From Takakia lepidozioides (lineage: Eukaryota; Plantae; Bryophyta), in contig CM060734.1 of the NCBI GenBank assembly GCA_030704615.1, positions 53,382,001 through 53,446,000 of the forward strand: a DNA stretch of 64,000 nt, in the 5' to 3' direction. The notes under the pieces were generated by a model that saw only the letters and a program-made list of their open reading frames with translations, was not told where the DNA came from and searched no databases. Each line of letters opens with the position of its first letter. Within the stretch, counting starts at the first letter, position 1. This document shows, in pieces, positions 35,501 through 47,012 of the stretch. The translations under genes were made by a program, and so were the position numbers.

Positions 35501-38500
35501 AGAGCTGTTAATTGGTGGACCAATGAGATCAAACTCAAGATAGCTGAGAGACGAGCCCTTTATAAAGAGTGCTGCAATTTGAAAACCAACAGAGAATTGT
35601 GGGCGAGGTACTACCAGCTCCGTAAATATCAATCAGCTTGTTAGGTCTCAGAAGAAATTATACTGGACAAGTTATACAGTGAAATAAACTCAAACCACCA
35701 TGGTGGTAATGACAAGAAATTCTGGTTGGCCCTTCAACGTTTGTACAAGCCTAAAAAAACGGTCAGCAAGTACAAGCGCTGAAGACTCCTAAAGGTGCAG
35801 TGGTGACTTCATCGGTTGACATTGTCAAAAACTTTGAAAATCACTACAGTATCCTTGGCAGAACTTCTAGGTCTAACAGTGAGGGGTCTTCTGCTGAATG
35901 GAGGGACACAGTTGGAAAAAACTGTTACTATGATTCAAAACAGCCAGATGAACTGGAGTATATTTCAATGGCTTATAACGCTCCCATTAGTTCTTCTGAG
36001 ATTGTGGAAGCAATTGAACATTTAAATGGATATAAAGCTGGTGGATCTGATGGTATTGTCAACGAGCTTATCAAGCACGGTGGCGATCCCATGATAGAGG
36101 CCCTAGTTCTCCTCTTTAACCTTCTGGAAGACTGAAATGATCCCTTTCGTTGGCGACAGGGGGTTATTGTCAATCTATACAAGAAGGGTGACAGAGAAGA
36201 ACCGGGGAACTACCGTGGCATCACGCTCTCAATGCTGTTGGCAAGACATTCTGCAGAGTTATAAGTACTCGTCTCGAGGTTGATCTGGAGTCTAGAGGTT
36301 GTTTCCACGAAGGCCAAGCTGGCTTTCGGCGAAACAGGGGCTGTGTGGATCATATCTTCACTCTAAGCCAGATTATCCAGGGAAGGGAAAAAGAAGGGAA
36401 ACCCACTTGCGTTTTTTTCCTGGATGTCAAAAAGGATTACGACACAGTGTGGAGAGATGGCCTATGGTTCCGCCTCTGGTCTTGTGGGATCAAGGGAAAG
36501 ATGTGGAGAGTTGTCCACAACTTGTATGCTCACACCAAAAGCTGTGTCACTGGTAACGGACAGAAGTCCAACTTCTTGACATAGACCAAGGTGTAGCTCA
36601 AGGATGTACTCTCTCCCCTCTGCCTCTTCAATGTTTTTATCAATCAACTCCTCGAGGATGTGGAAAGTGAGGGATTTGGGTTAAGGGTGGGTGATACCAC
36701 CATACAGCCCTTATGTTTGTGGATGACTTCGCAGGCATAGGAGAGACTCCAACCAATCTCCAGGAGTTGATTGATTGCGCGAAGGATACTTTGATCTTTG
36801 GGGGGCTAGAGGCTATGTCAGCAAATGTGCAGTGTAGCATTCAACGACAGAGGAGCGGGCGGAAGGGGACGTAAGTGATCGTAAGTGGAGTGGGGTAGCA
36901 AGAGATCCCTGTTCCCTTTCCACATTACCTGGGCGTTGAGTTTTCCTCCAATTGTAAGTGGGGCACCATATCCGGAAAGTTGTTCAAACTGGCAAGGGCA
37001 ATCTGGGCTCACTAAATTTTTCCACTGCAGAGGGGTCAATCTGAGGTTAAGAAAACCATGCTTTTGTCGCGTTATTAGACCTGCCCTTGGAGTACGGATC
37101 TGCTATATGGGTTGATAACTCCAACCAGGCTAAGTCTCTAGAATCCATTCAAGGGGGGTGCTTAAGGAGTGTATGTCAGCATGCTCCAAAACAGCCAATG
37201 TGGCTGTTCGGGGTGAGTTTGGCATTCCGTCCATTAAGCTCCCGACGAGATGAATTCAAGGTCAGATGGTGGGGTCAGCTGCAACATATGCCCAAACACC
37301 AGATATCCTAAGTTAATCGACTCATATCTGGAAACAGCACCGCCCTGTCAAACAGGCTAAGTCTGGCAGAAGAGAGTAGAAGAGGATTCCAAGGAACGGG
37401 ACCTGGATCCGAAGTCTGACCTGCTGGATCTAAATCTGACTTAGAGGCTGTAGTGTAGGTGTTCGAAGCCATGTCTGTTGCCATGAGATTGTCTGATGAA
37501 AATGAAGTTCGGCAGAAAACTTCCCTGAACTTGTTTCCAGTCAGTGACATGGGGGGGACATCTTGGATGGACCTCAAGGGTCTACCCACTCTCGGCAACT
37601 AGACTGAATTTTAAACTCAGGGCAGGAAAGCCTACCTTTGAACAGCAAAAAAGAAGCAGAGAGGAAAGGAGGAGAGGATTCGAGTGCAATTGCCCGTTGT
37701 TGTGTGGGCAAATCTGAAGCGACAGTATTCATTTTCTGATACACTGTCCGGGGTTTTCTCTCACCAAAGAGACGCTCCCTCTTCAATTCTATCAAGGGAA
37801 TTGTGCCTGTACCCCTGTTTACCAACTTTGAAAGCTTTGAAAGTCTCGAGGCTGAGCCAAAAGCCCAGGCCCTCCTGAGGCCTAGTTTTTGTGGGCAAAT
37901 CACACACAGCAGATTGAGCTGTGTGGAAGGGATTTCTAGAGGAATATCTGGAAAAACGGATTAATCTTTATATGAAGGTAAGTCTTACTACCAACGCCAG
38001 CCCATGACAGAGGTAGGTTCTGTCCCTTTTGTTCTCCGCTCAAATGGGGGCGCGGGGAGGGGGTGTGGGGGGGCGCGGGGAGGGGGTGTGGCTTATGAGT
38101 ACAATCTAGCTCTTTCCTCCATTCAGTGTAGCTGGGGATTTGTTTTGAAGCAGCCTCTTTTGCAACTAACATCTTTTCTACATTTCATCTTTCAGCTACT
38201 CAGCAGTGTCTGCATGAAAATTATTGTGGAAGCAAACAAAATTACATCCACTCTTTCCAGCGACCAGCATTCCAGCAATCGCAATTTCCACGATTTTGTG
38301 CCTGGGAGTGTAGTTAAAAATATTAATCACCTGGTGTTTGATCAATACAATAGCAACACATTTGACAACCATGGAGAAATGCATCTATGAGAGGAGGGTG
38401 AGAAGAAACAAGTACCACCCAATTTTTTAGAGTTTGCCGAGAAATTTTGCAACTCTCTGTGGCACAATCAAACAGGGCCATTGCACGGGTGGCCTCTTCC

Positions 38501-41033
38501 TCCTGCATGAAGCGCATCAAATCCATCATGAAACAGTAGTACCACCCATTTTTTAGAGTTTGCGAGAAATTTTTGCAACTCTCTGTGGCACAATTCAAAC
38601 AGGGCCATTGCACGGGTGGCCTCTTTCCTCCTGCATGAAGCGCTCAAATCCATCATAAAATCAAAATCAAGGGCATCCTACAGTGCCACCAACTCAGAAG
38701 CCTAAAACTTCAACTGATTCCCCAGGCAAGCTGTAACCAAACCAACTCTGTTGCTCATCCAGGTGGGGTTCACTTCTAAGGGGAGTTTGCTATGGGGGAG
38801 GACATGTGGGTGAGGAAACAAGAAAAATCCATACTTTTGTCCAGGTTTTGCCACGTTCTTGAAAATCTGCTTAGCAGCAGCCTTGGCCTGCCACTCACAC
38901 TTGATTTCCGTGTCCATACTGGCCTGGTCCTCAAAGCTTACAGAGTCGTGAGTAAGTGTGGCAACCCCCGTGTGCCTGACCAGGTTTATTAGTCGTTTCA
39001 TGTTCCAGGCTGAACAATTCCTTCGGTTCATCTTGTTCAAGTTTTCAATGCTGATGCCCGATGCAGAGTGCTCACAGTTACGGCCTATCCTACAACTCTT
39101 TTTTAATAACTCCGCGGAGTTCAACATCCCACTCCGCGGAGAGATTATTGGCTCTGTCAGACCTGGGGCAGTTGCTCCAGCATCCCTCAACCCAGCAAGG
39201 TCATTCATTAGCTTCTGCTGGTCCTTGAAGCTCCGCTCGATTTCAATCACAGGTGGGCCAGCAAGGGTCTCCAGCACATACTGGTTGAAAAGTGAGTCCC
39301 GAATGCGCTCAAAGTAGGTGCCGACATGGAAGCAGGACGCAAGAACCTTGACCAAAAAGGTTTTTATCACAACCAGTACAGCTGCAATGAGGAAGCACTC
39401 CAACACTTTGGTGACATACAGCAGTACTTTTGTTGCACTAGCGGCACGCGGATCAAACATGAGGTTCCAAGCCAGCAGCACAAATCCAAGCCATAGGCAG
39501 TTTTGTACACCTCGGCGCAGTGCATACACAAAGTACAGCACTCGCTTGCGCATGAGGAAGTTCCGTTCCAGGAAGAACACCAGCACACGGATCACCCAAC
39601 CTGACACCAGGCGCCCACATAGCACCACCAGAAGTAAGAGAGACCACTTCCATAGCTCGAGTCCCCAGGCATACACCCGTCGTAGCCGTGGGATGGCTGT
39701 GCTACACACAAGAGCCCCCAGAATCACCACTAAAGCAATCCACTCCAAAAATACCCAACAGCTCCAGTGCTGGTTACGGAACTCCTCTGGCAAGTCTACA
39801 TCCTTGAAGGGGTCGTCCTCCTCCTCCACTCGCCCTAGCAGTCCTGTCCGTGATATGAGACCAGACCGCATCTGCTGTGATTTGAGCTGCCCCGACTGCA
39901 ACTTTGATTTGAGCTTTCCTGATCGTGCATGCCCACCTCCAATGAGCCCCGACTCTGACCGGGGTGGGGTGTTAGGTTCTGACAACCGTGATTTCATGCG
40001 ATTGAAGTTTGTATTCACCCGAGATGGCGACTTCACAAATAATTTCTCCAGAAGGCAAAGATTCGCACTCACTGGCATCCACACTCTTGCCACTCTTTCG
40101 GGAACGCAGGCTAGAGCCTAGCTCCTCCGCAATCCCAGAAGCTACTCTGCCTGCCCCTGCACCTACTCTGCTCTGAACTCTTCCAAGGTGGCCAATGTTA
40201 CCTGCTTCACTGTCATCAACCCCTCTAGACACAGGTGCTCGCAGTTCAACAGGTGAAGGAGGCACAGTTGATCGATCTAAATTGGATTGATGTTGTTCTG
40301 CAGAGGACTGGTTACTTGTTGACAAGAAATTAGTAGGTGAAGGAAAAGGGTGTAGAGGACGAGAAAGATGCCCTCTCGGAGAGCTGGTATCTGACATATC
40401 TTTGCTCACCTCTGAAATTCCCCAGAGAGAAGTGTCAAGTCCCTCACCTATGGCTGGCGAAGAGCGATTCAGTGGCCAGTCCGGCATGTCTGACAAAGAC
40501 AGGTCCTCCAGGTCCATGTCCAGCGAACTGCCACCACTTGCCCTCTGCTTTTGCAAGAAGCTGCCAATCAGCTTCGAGGGGGGATCGACCGCTACATCAA
40601 AATCAAAACTTTTCTCTCTTCCCCTCTTCGCCTTCGCTTCCAGCTTTCCCCCGGGCCCCCATGCCTCACTACCCGCATTGCCCAAAAAATCATAACTGCA
40701 CTCTCGCCATATTCCCTGCTTCCCGTCACGCTCCTGTTCTCCATCGCTTTCCTTCCTTTCATTCTCCTTCAAGTGGATCTTCGATACGAACGCCTCATCA
40801 GCCTGACCAACATTACCATTGACACTCGGTGAAGCTGACTTTGGTGGCCTCTCAAAGCTAGACCTGCCCTCCAGAGGGCCAGTACTCCCACCGTGATTGT
40901 CATCGATTTTTAAGACAACATCCTTGGTGCCCATGCAACCAGCTGCATGATCTTCAGAGCTACAATGGTTCTCTGGAGAGGCTGTCGACAGCTGCCGATA
41001 GTTGTGACTCCGCAATGCTTTGAACCTGTCCAT
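32515..41033 (-). CDS. MSL: MscS-like mechanosensitive channel (plant MSL4-10 type); as assembled it carries a frameshift and a duplicated exon
   Basis: Exons 41033-38835 (frameshift near 40038), ~38530-38416, 33654-33361, 33148-32946 and 32773-32515. Motifs LERNFLMRKRVLYFVY, YFERIRDSLFNQYVL, FVFGNTCKTVFEALIFLFVMHPFDVGDRC, YPNSVLATKPISNFYRSP and LGIEYHLPPQEV. Confidence 0.88.
34017..38104 (+). mobile_element. Non-LTR retrotransposon (APE-RT, RTE/RTEX/CR1-like) in the MSL intron, internally deleted
   Basis: 16-bp TSD TCTAGCTCTTTCCTCC at 34001-34016 and 38105-38120. ORF1-like region 34504-35184, APE C-terminal SDH motif at ~35210, RT motifs YKKGD..PGNYRGI, QAGFR, FLDVKK, QGC.LSP and LMFVDD, and a CCHC knuckle. 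Many frameshifts. Confidence 0.92.
38405..38656. repeat. Tandem duplication of an MSL exon (~125 bp x2)
   Basis: 38405-38530 and 38531-38656 are near identical and differ by single-base indels. Confidence 0.9.
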
Positions 41034-41136
41034 GTCCGACTCACTGCCAGGGCGAGTATACGATATGAAAGAAGGAGTGGGTGGTGTAGTACAGCTGACA
41101 CTTGCAGCAGAGTGAAAAAAGGAAGGGCTGATTCTG

Positions 41137-41331
41137 TCTACATCTAGAGAGCTTGGCCCCCCATCCGCAGCTCGGGGATGCTTACATGGAGCATCGAATT
41201 CAGCAGACACTTGAAGAACGATCTTACAAGCTGGTCTACATCTAGAGAGCTTGGCCCCCCATCCGCAGCTCGGTGATGCTTAACATGGAGCATCGAATTG
41301 CAGACACTTGAAGAACGATCTTACAAGCTGG
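41137..41331. repeat. ~98-bp tandem duplication upstream of the MSL start codon
   Basis: 41137-41234 and 41235-41331 are near identical and differ by small indels. Confidence 0.9.
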
Positions 41332-42420
41332 CAGCTCCAACGTTGTGCCTTTACCTTCGACTCAATCATGTGGAATACAAGAACACTGCAGCAAATCTTC
41401 AAGAGAAGGTACGGCTGCAATCCCACTACTGCGCACAGTTGAATACAATGTTGCCCTTCCGCTGAAATACTGACTAAATTCAACCTACCGAGTCAAGTTT
41501 CCGTCGTGAAGAAATGCCAGCACAGTACAGTCTATTGTAACCCGCGAGACTGCTGCAATATCTACCTGCTCCTCGAATCGCCTCCCAGCTCCCTTAATTC
41601 AAGTCTTTCGAAAAACATTCGGAGGCAAGCGGCAATTGACTTCAGAGATGTAGAAAGGATGGGTCCCGAATCAAGACAGCAATCCAGCAAGGATCCCGCT
41701 CTGGCACTTCATACAATCAATATCAGCTTCTGCAGAAGACGCAAACCCTGTCTCTTCCCAACCAATGCAGCACGCACGCACCCACACACACACACACAAG
41801 CACAGAGAGACTGTCACAAAATCACGTCCGACATCCCAATATAAGCAGCCCCACCTTCTTCGAAAACCCACATCGAATCCCGCGGCAACAGCTCCCAACC
41901 ACCACAATCCGGACAGCCGAGAGAGACGAGGCACCGATTGCTATTAAGATGAGTGCAACGTCCCGCAGCCACGCGGATGTGTACTAACGCCGCTGATTGC
42001 GGTGCGCGCCAGTCTCGTGGCGCCGCAGAGCATCGCTGCCCTCTCCGCCCTCGCCACCTGCGCCATCGCTGATCGACATACGCTCGTCTTGTCCTCACCA
42101 TCGCTCTGCTGTCTGCGCTTCTGTTTGTCCGTCACCTTTCTCGCAGCAGCGTCCTGCCCTCCACTGCCTTGAATGCCCCATTTATAACGTAGCCGTGTCA
42201 TGGCAGCAATACGTTCCAGATACATACTTTGCTTTTCCAGGCCTTGTACTTATACAATAAATAGCTCTTACTTGCACCGCCTTGTAGTCCTCTTTGTTGG
42301 GTCTGAGGTTCAACTCACAGTTTACATTCATCCACCAGATACCCTAATACCTTCGCAATTTCGAAACAATTTTATTTTTTTATTTTTTTCAGTCCAACTC
42401 TTTTTTTCTTACTACCTCTT

Positions 42421-42524
42421 ATAACATGAAGGTGGACACCTTCATGACACACCAGACGGTGGTTTGAACCCACAACCACATCCAACGTGGTATGTGCCCA
42501 TTACCACTGGGCTACATGCTGGTT
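42421..42524 (-). mobile_element. tRNA-derived SINE with a 3' hairpin
   Basis: The minus strand has A-box TAGCCCAGTGG and B-box GGGTTCAAACC, followed by the hairpin CATGAAGGTG-NN-CACCTTCATG (42425-42446). Confidence 0.7.
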
Positions 42525-42834
42525 GTCAAATTTTATTTTATTTTATTCTTAAATTTTAACAGGGGAGGAAGCCCTGTAAATCATATTAATAAAGGATGTC
42601 CCGGAAAAAATAACCAGTACAGAAGGCCATAAGGCATACATCTTGTAAGATTGGGTAACACCCTAACAGGCCACCAAGGGCAAGCTTTGCTACCACCCTG
42701 AAGCCCTGAAATTTTAGTATTTCAAAGATGTTGAAAATTTTGGAAATTTATTTTATGAATTTTTATTTTTTTATTTGTTTATGAAATTAAATAGCTTTGT
42801 GAATGATAATAAAGCATCTTTGCGAATGAAATTC

Positions 42835-45424
42835 ATTTTGAGAAAGCCTTCGATAATATTGAGTGGTCCTATCTGTTGGGGACGATTCAAAATTGTGGTA
42901 TAACGGGCAACTTCCTCAAATGGATTACCTTTCTTCTTCAATCAGCATCTAGTAAGGTGTTGGTCAATGGATCCATCTCAAGGTCCTTCCCTCTTTTCCG
43001 CTCGGTGAGACAGGGGTGCCCGCCATCTCCCTTTCTGTTTATTATTGCTGCAGATGGCCTCAGCCATCTCCTACACAGCAGGCCAGATGTGGTGGGGCTT
43101 AAAATCCAACACCCATCTATCCCAAATTACAGTGGGCAAAGCTATTATTGTTAACCAAGTTGTGTGTCGCCAGGAGAGGCCTTCATCAAAAAGATGAAAG
43201 CTCTGATGCGGAACTTCATTTGGGGGGCCTCGTCTCCTGGCCAGACTCGTAGAGCGCATGTGAGCTGGAAGCAATTGACCCAAAAAAAAAGTAATGGTGG
43301 TCTTGGTATTATAGACCCTAAATCGCAGATCACGGCCCTTCTTGCCAAGTGGATCCCAAGGGTGTTCACTCATTCTCTTTCACCATGGAGTCTCATGGTT
43401 CGACATCATCTCCTCAAGGCTCGTCCAGCTCCTTCCTCAATTTGGCCTCCTTCCCTGAGATGGTTGTGTAGGGAGGCTCCTCAAACTCCGTGCCTCTTTC
43501 GGGCTCACAAGCTTGGAGATCAATATGGCAGGCTTGGTTCTCTGTGAGGGGTCATCTTACGCAATCCAAACCTACCATTACAGAGGAGGTACTCAGACAA
43601 CCGCTGTTTGGGAATGGCAATCGAGAGTCAGAGACTTTGCTTAAGTGCTCAGCCAGGTGGGTTGCTTGGGATGCGGCGGGTATCTCTAGTTTTTTCCATT
43701 TATGGGAAAATGGTTCTCTTATCCATGCGGAGGTGGCTGAAGACTCCCTCTCTCGTAGAAGAATCAAGGCTGGTTGGGATGTAGTGACTGCTAATCTCTC
43801 ATCTGCTTGGGTTTCTTTGGCATCCTTCCCGGCCAACAGAAGGGGTCTCCCAGCCTGGTTTTCCTTTGATAACGGTTTTTCTAAAGCAGCCTTCTTTGCA
43901 TTATCCCGTTCTGATTCCAGGCTATCTGGTTGGTGTTTTCGGGTTCTGGACTCTGGCATTCTTCACTCTCCAAGACCTACCCTAGTCTCAGAGGATGCTT
44001 GCTTTGCAATTCGGGTCATTTGCATGGCCACAGGTGTTGCGAATCCTTCCGCTGATAATGGTTGTCATACAAATCCGTTCTTCCTGTGGTTCTTGCAGGC
44101 TCCTTTGGCCTTGTTACAATTCGACCCCCGGGAGTGGAGGTGGAAGGATAGGCTTAGTTCTTTTTTTTTTGCTTATACTGTAAAGCTGGGTTACTCTATG
44201 CTAAATCCGATGGTTTCCATGGATCTTAAATGGACAGCGAAGTGGAGACACCTGCAATCTTGCCCATCTACCTGGAAATGTGTTTGGAAAGATGTTTGGC
44301 GTAAAGACCGTGCAGCCAAAGTTTCAGGATTCTTTTGGAAATTAGTGAATCGGATCCTTCCTCTGAAAACTTGCTTTCCTGACTCTTCCATAGTCTGCGC
44401 CTCTTGTTCGTTGGGAGATACAGAATCCCTGGAGCATTGCTTTGTTTCTTGCCCAAGGGCCAGCCATGCTTGGCATTTTGTGACTACTTTCTACGCTCTT
44501 TGGAGCCTTGTGCCTCGGAATGATATAGCTGTTTTGCTTTTAAATTTTCAGGGAGGTCATTTGTGGTCCAAATGTCGGGTTTGGGCTGCCTTTAGGGCTC
44601 ACACTTTGTGGAACGTGTGAAAGGCCAGATGTGATCTGATTTTTTCGGGTAAGCCGTTCTTAGTAAGGTTTGTACTGTTTATGACTCACTCAAACATCAT
44701 GACTGAGGCTCAGAAAGCTTGGGGTGTGTTGGATTCAGCTCTTTCCAGATGTGGGGAGAGGAGGCGTAAAAAACTCCTCCAAGAGTTTGATCAATCTTGG
44801 GGCAAACAAGGAAAGATCTGCACCAGATTATCAGAATCGAGGGTTCAATGGAATGACAACTTCCCGGAGGAGTGGCAGCTCTCTTAGCTCCATGTGCTCC
44901 CCCCTTGGTGGGGATGAGCCTGATGTCAATTGGAGGCACCGTAAATCTTTTAAGAAGGGCAAAGCGAAGGCGCTCTCTTTTGGTAGCCTAAATTAGTCAG
45001 CAGGTATGCTGAGTGGCTCTCTGTGGATTTCCTCGCTGTTCTCATGGTTTGGTCTATCGTTGCTGCATAGTAGATAGAAGGAGATATTTGGGCCTTGCCC
45101 AGCTGCTCTCCAGTTTTGGAGTGACCGAAGGAGGGCCTCACACTAGGGCTCTTCAAGCATCTTCATGGTTGGGGACACTGCTGTTAGGCTCTAGTCCTTC
45201 TGGTTTATGGCTCCTGGTCTTTGGATTATCCTTGATCTAAGACCTCTCTTCTCCCCCTTCTCTTAATCTTGGTCACGAAGCATTGTCTTCCTTAGGTCAG
45301 CCTTATGGCACCCTGGTAGAGGTTATTTTTTCCTCTTGTACTTCTCGGACGTTCTATGTCCTAATATATAAAGCTAAGAGGCCTCCATTCCTCTTTTTGA
45401 AAAATAAAATAAAAATAAAAAATA
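42835..45424 (+). mobile_element. 5'-truncated L1-type LINE
   Basis: RT text KAFDNIEW..SVRQGCPPSPFLF, VSWKQLT..KSNGGLGI and zf-RVT CASC..ESLEHCFVSC. A-rich tail at 45400-45427 and candidate TSD AAATTC (42829-42834, 45425-45430). Confidence 0.88.
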
Positions 45425-45638
45425 AAATTCTCAAAATAAAATAAATATTTGACAAATGATTGTCGATCTTGCCAAGGTACTACGGTATTTGCTTTTACTA
45501 GACCATACTTTGATGACTGCTGTGTATAGTTGTGTGTACCATATTAATATCTTCGTCCCCTTTACGGTGTCCTGGCCAACTATTGTGAAAATTTCATGCC
45601 AAACAACATTTGTTTTTATTGGCCCTGCCCCACAGGAC

Positions 45639-45838
45639 TACCGTAGTACCTTGGCAACTTCGACACAAATTTTAATATTTCAAAGATTGTTGAAATTTTT
45701 GGAAATTGATTTTGTGAAATTAAGGAACTTTGTGAATGATAATAAAGCATATTTAATAATATTCCATATGTAGAAATGAAAATCTCAAAATAAAATAAAT
45801 ATTCGACATATGAGTTGATCTTGCCAAGGTACTAAGAT
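45639..45838. mobile_element. MITE-like element; a second, interrupted copy spans ~42340-45487
   Basis: TIR taccgtagtaccttggcaa (45639-45657) pairs with ttgccaaggtacta (45821-45834) and ttgccaaggtactacggta (45469-45487). The AT-rich body is repeated at 42711-42834 + 45425-45487. Confidence 0.6.
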
Positions 45839-46217
45839 ATGTATGAATTAAGTTGGCCACAGTGCCCATAACCTTATATCATGGGTTGTTCCCGTGAGAC
45901 TTAATGGGAACATGAAAGTTTTTAGTTCCCAGTTGGGCACATGTTACACTCAATTTTTCATTTTTTTTATTGACCTTGAGCAGTGACTACATTAGTATGT
46001 ATCAATATGCAGCATGAAGTACCTTATACTTCGAGTGGGTCCAGTTGGGCACATGCTCCTTATGTTTTTAATGTGTTCTATTCGTGGCTGATTGTCTATG
46101 TATATTCATCTACTCATAGATCAAATGTTATTATGTGTTTATATCCCAAGTGATTGGCAGATTACTCCATTTTATACTTAGCAACATTGGACTTCGACAA
46201 ATTTCGAGACCAAGTGT

Positions 46218-46360
46218 GGGTTACACCGACTGGAGTTACACTCCATTCTGTGTAACCCCGAGTGGAGTTACACAGCTTGTCGTGTAACTTGATGTAACCC
46301 TGAGTGGAGTTACACACCTCGTCGTGTAACCCCATGTAACCCCGACAGGAGTTGACACTC
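46218..46360. repeat. Array of alternating GTTACAC/GTGTAAC motifs (~43-bp unit)
   Basis: tgtaaccc.gagtggagttacac..gtcgtgtaac is repeated. Confidence 0.75.
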
Positions 46361-47012
46361 CTTGAGTTCCAGCTAGCTAGTCGCGTATGGTTCCTCTTTG
46401 TGAATAGGGAACTTACTTTCATCCATACTAGCTTGAAAATTCATCCATTTATTTCTCATAAGTTGCTCAATAACGAAGATTTACCGAAGGGCTTTGACAC
46501 CGCTCCCTGGTCTCAGGTTTCTGTGTTGACGTGTCTTGCACAATCCGACTCGGCCATGAGAGATCGGACGGCCAAGCAGTGAAGCTTTAAGCAAACTGCG
46601 AGAGAAAGGCGGGAACTTGAGAGCGCTGAGTGAAGTTTGATGCCTATGGATAGATGATGACGATGAAGGTGCGTGGAGTGTTGTGTGCATCGGCCCTACT
46701 TGGGATGCTGGAGGGTCGGCCCCTTCTTCCGAGTATGGTTGAGAGGATGGTGGCTGGAGCTGGTAAGACTGAAAGTGGCCTAGTGAGTGGATGTGGGTCT
46801 TTGGCGATCTGTTGAGAATTGGTGCCTGCTAGCTGAGATGATGTGGCCGGTGAACCTGCGAAATTCTGAATGTTGGTTGTGTGGGATATGCTGAGATGAT
46901 TGTGGAGGATGCGAGAAGAGAGAGGATTGGTTTGTAGCTAATGTATGTGAGCCAGGCGTCTGCAAAGCTCGCACCTGCTGGCTTTCATTTTCAGGCACTA
47001 AAAACAGCAGTG

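Noticed and set aside
38046-38091. G-quadruplex element
   Set aside because: It replaces the conserved tail seen in sibling copies and lies in an indel-rich region, so it is likely a consensus artefact.
39318-40822. Long plus-strand ORFs opposite MSL (and similar shadows opposite other genes)
   Set aside because: These are antisense shadows of real coding exons.
42450-42524. Functional tRNA gene
   Set aside because: A and B boxes are present but there is no convincing cloverleaf, and a diverged relative at 19.1-19.3 kb indicates a SINE.
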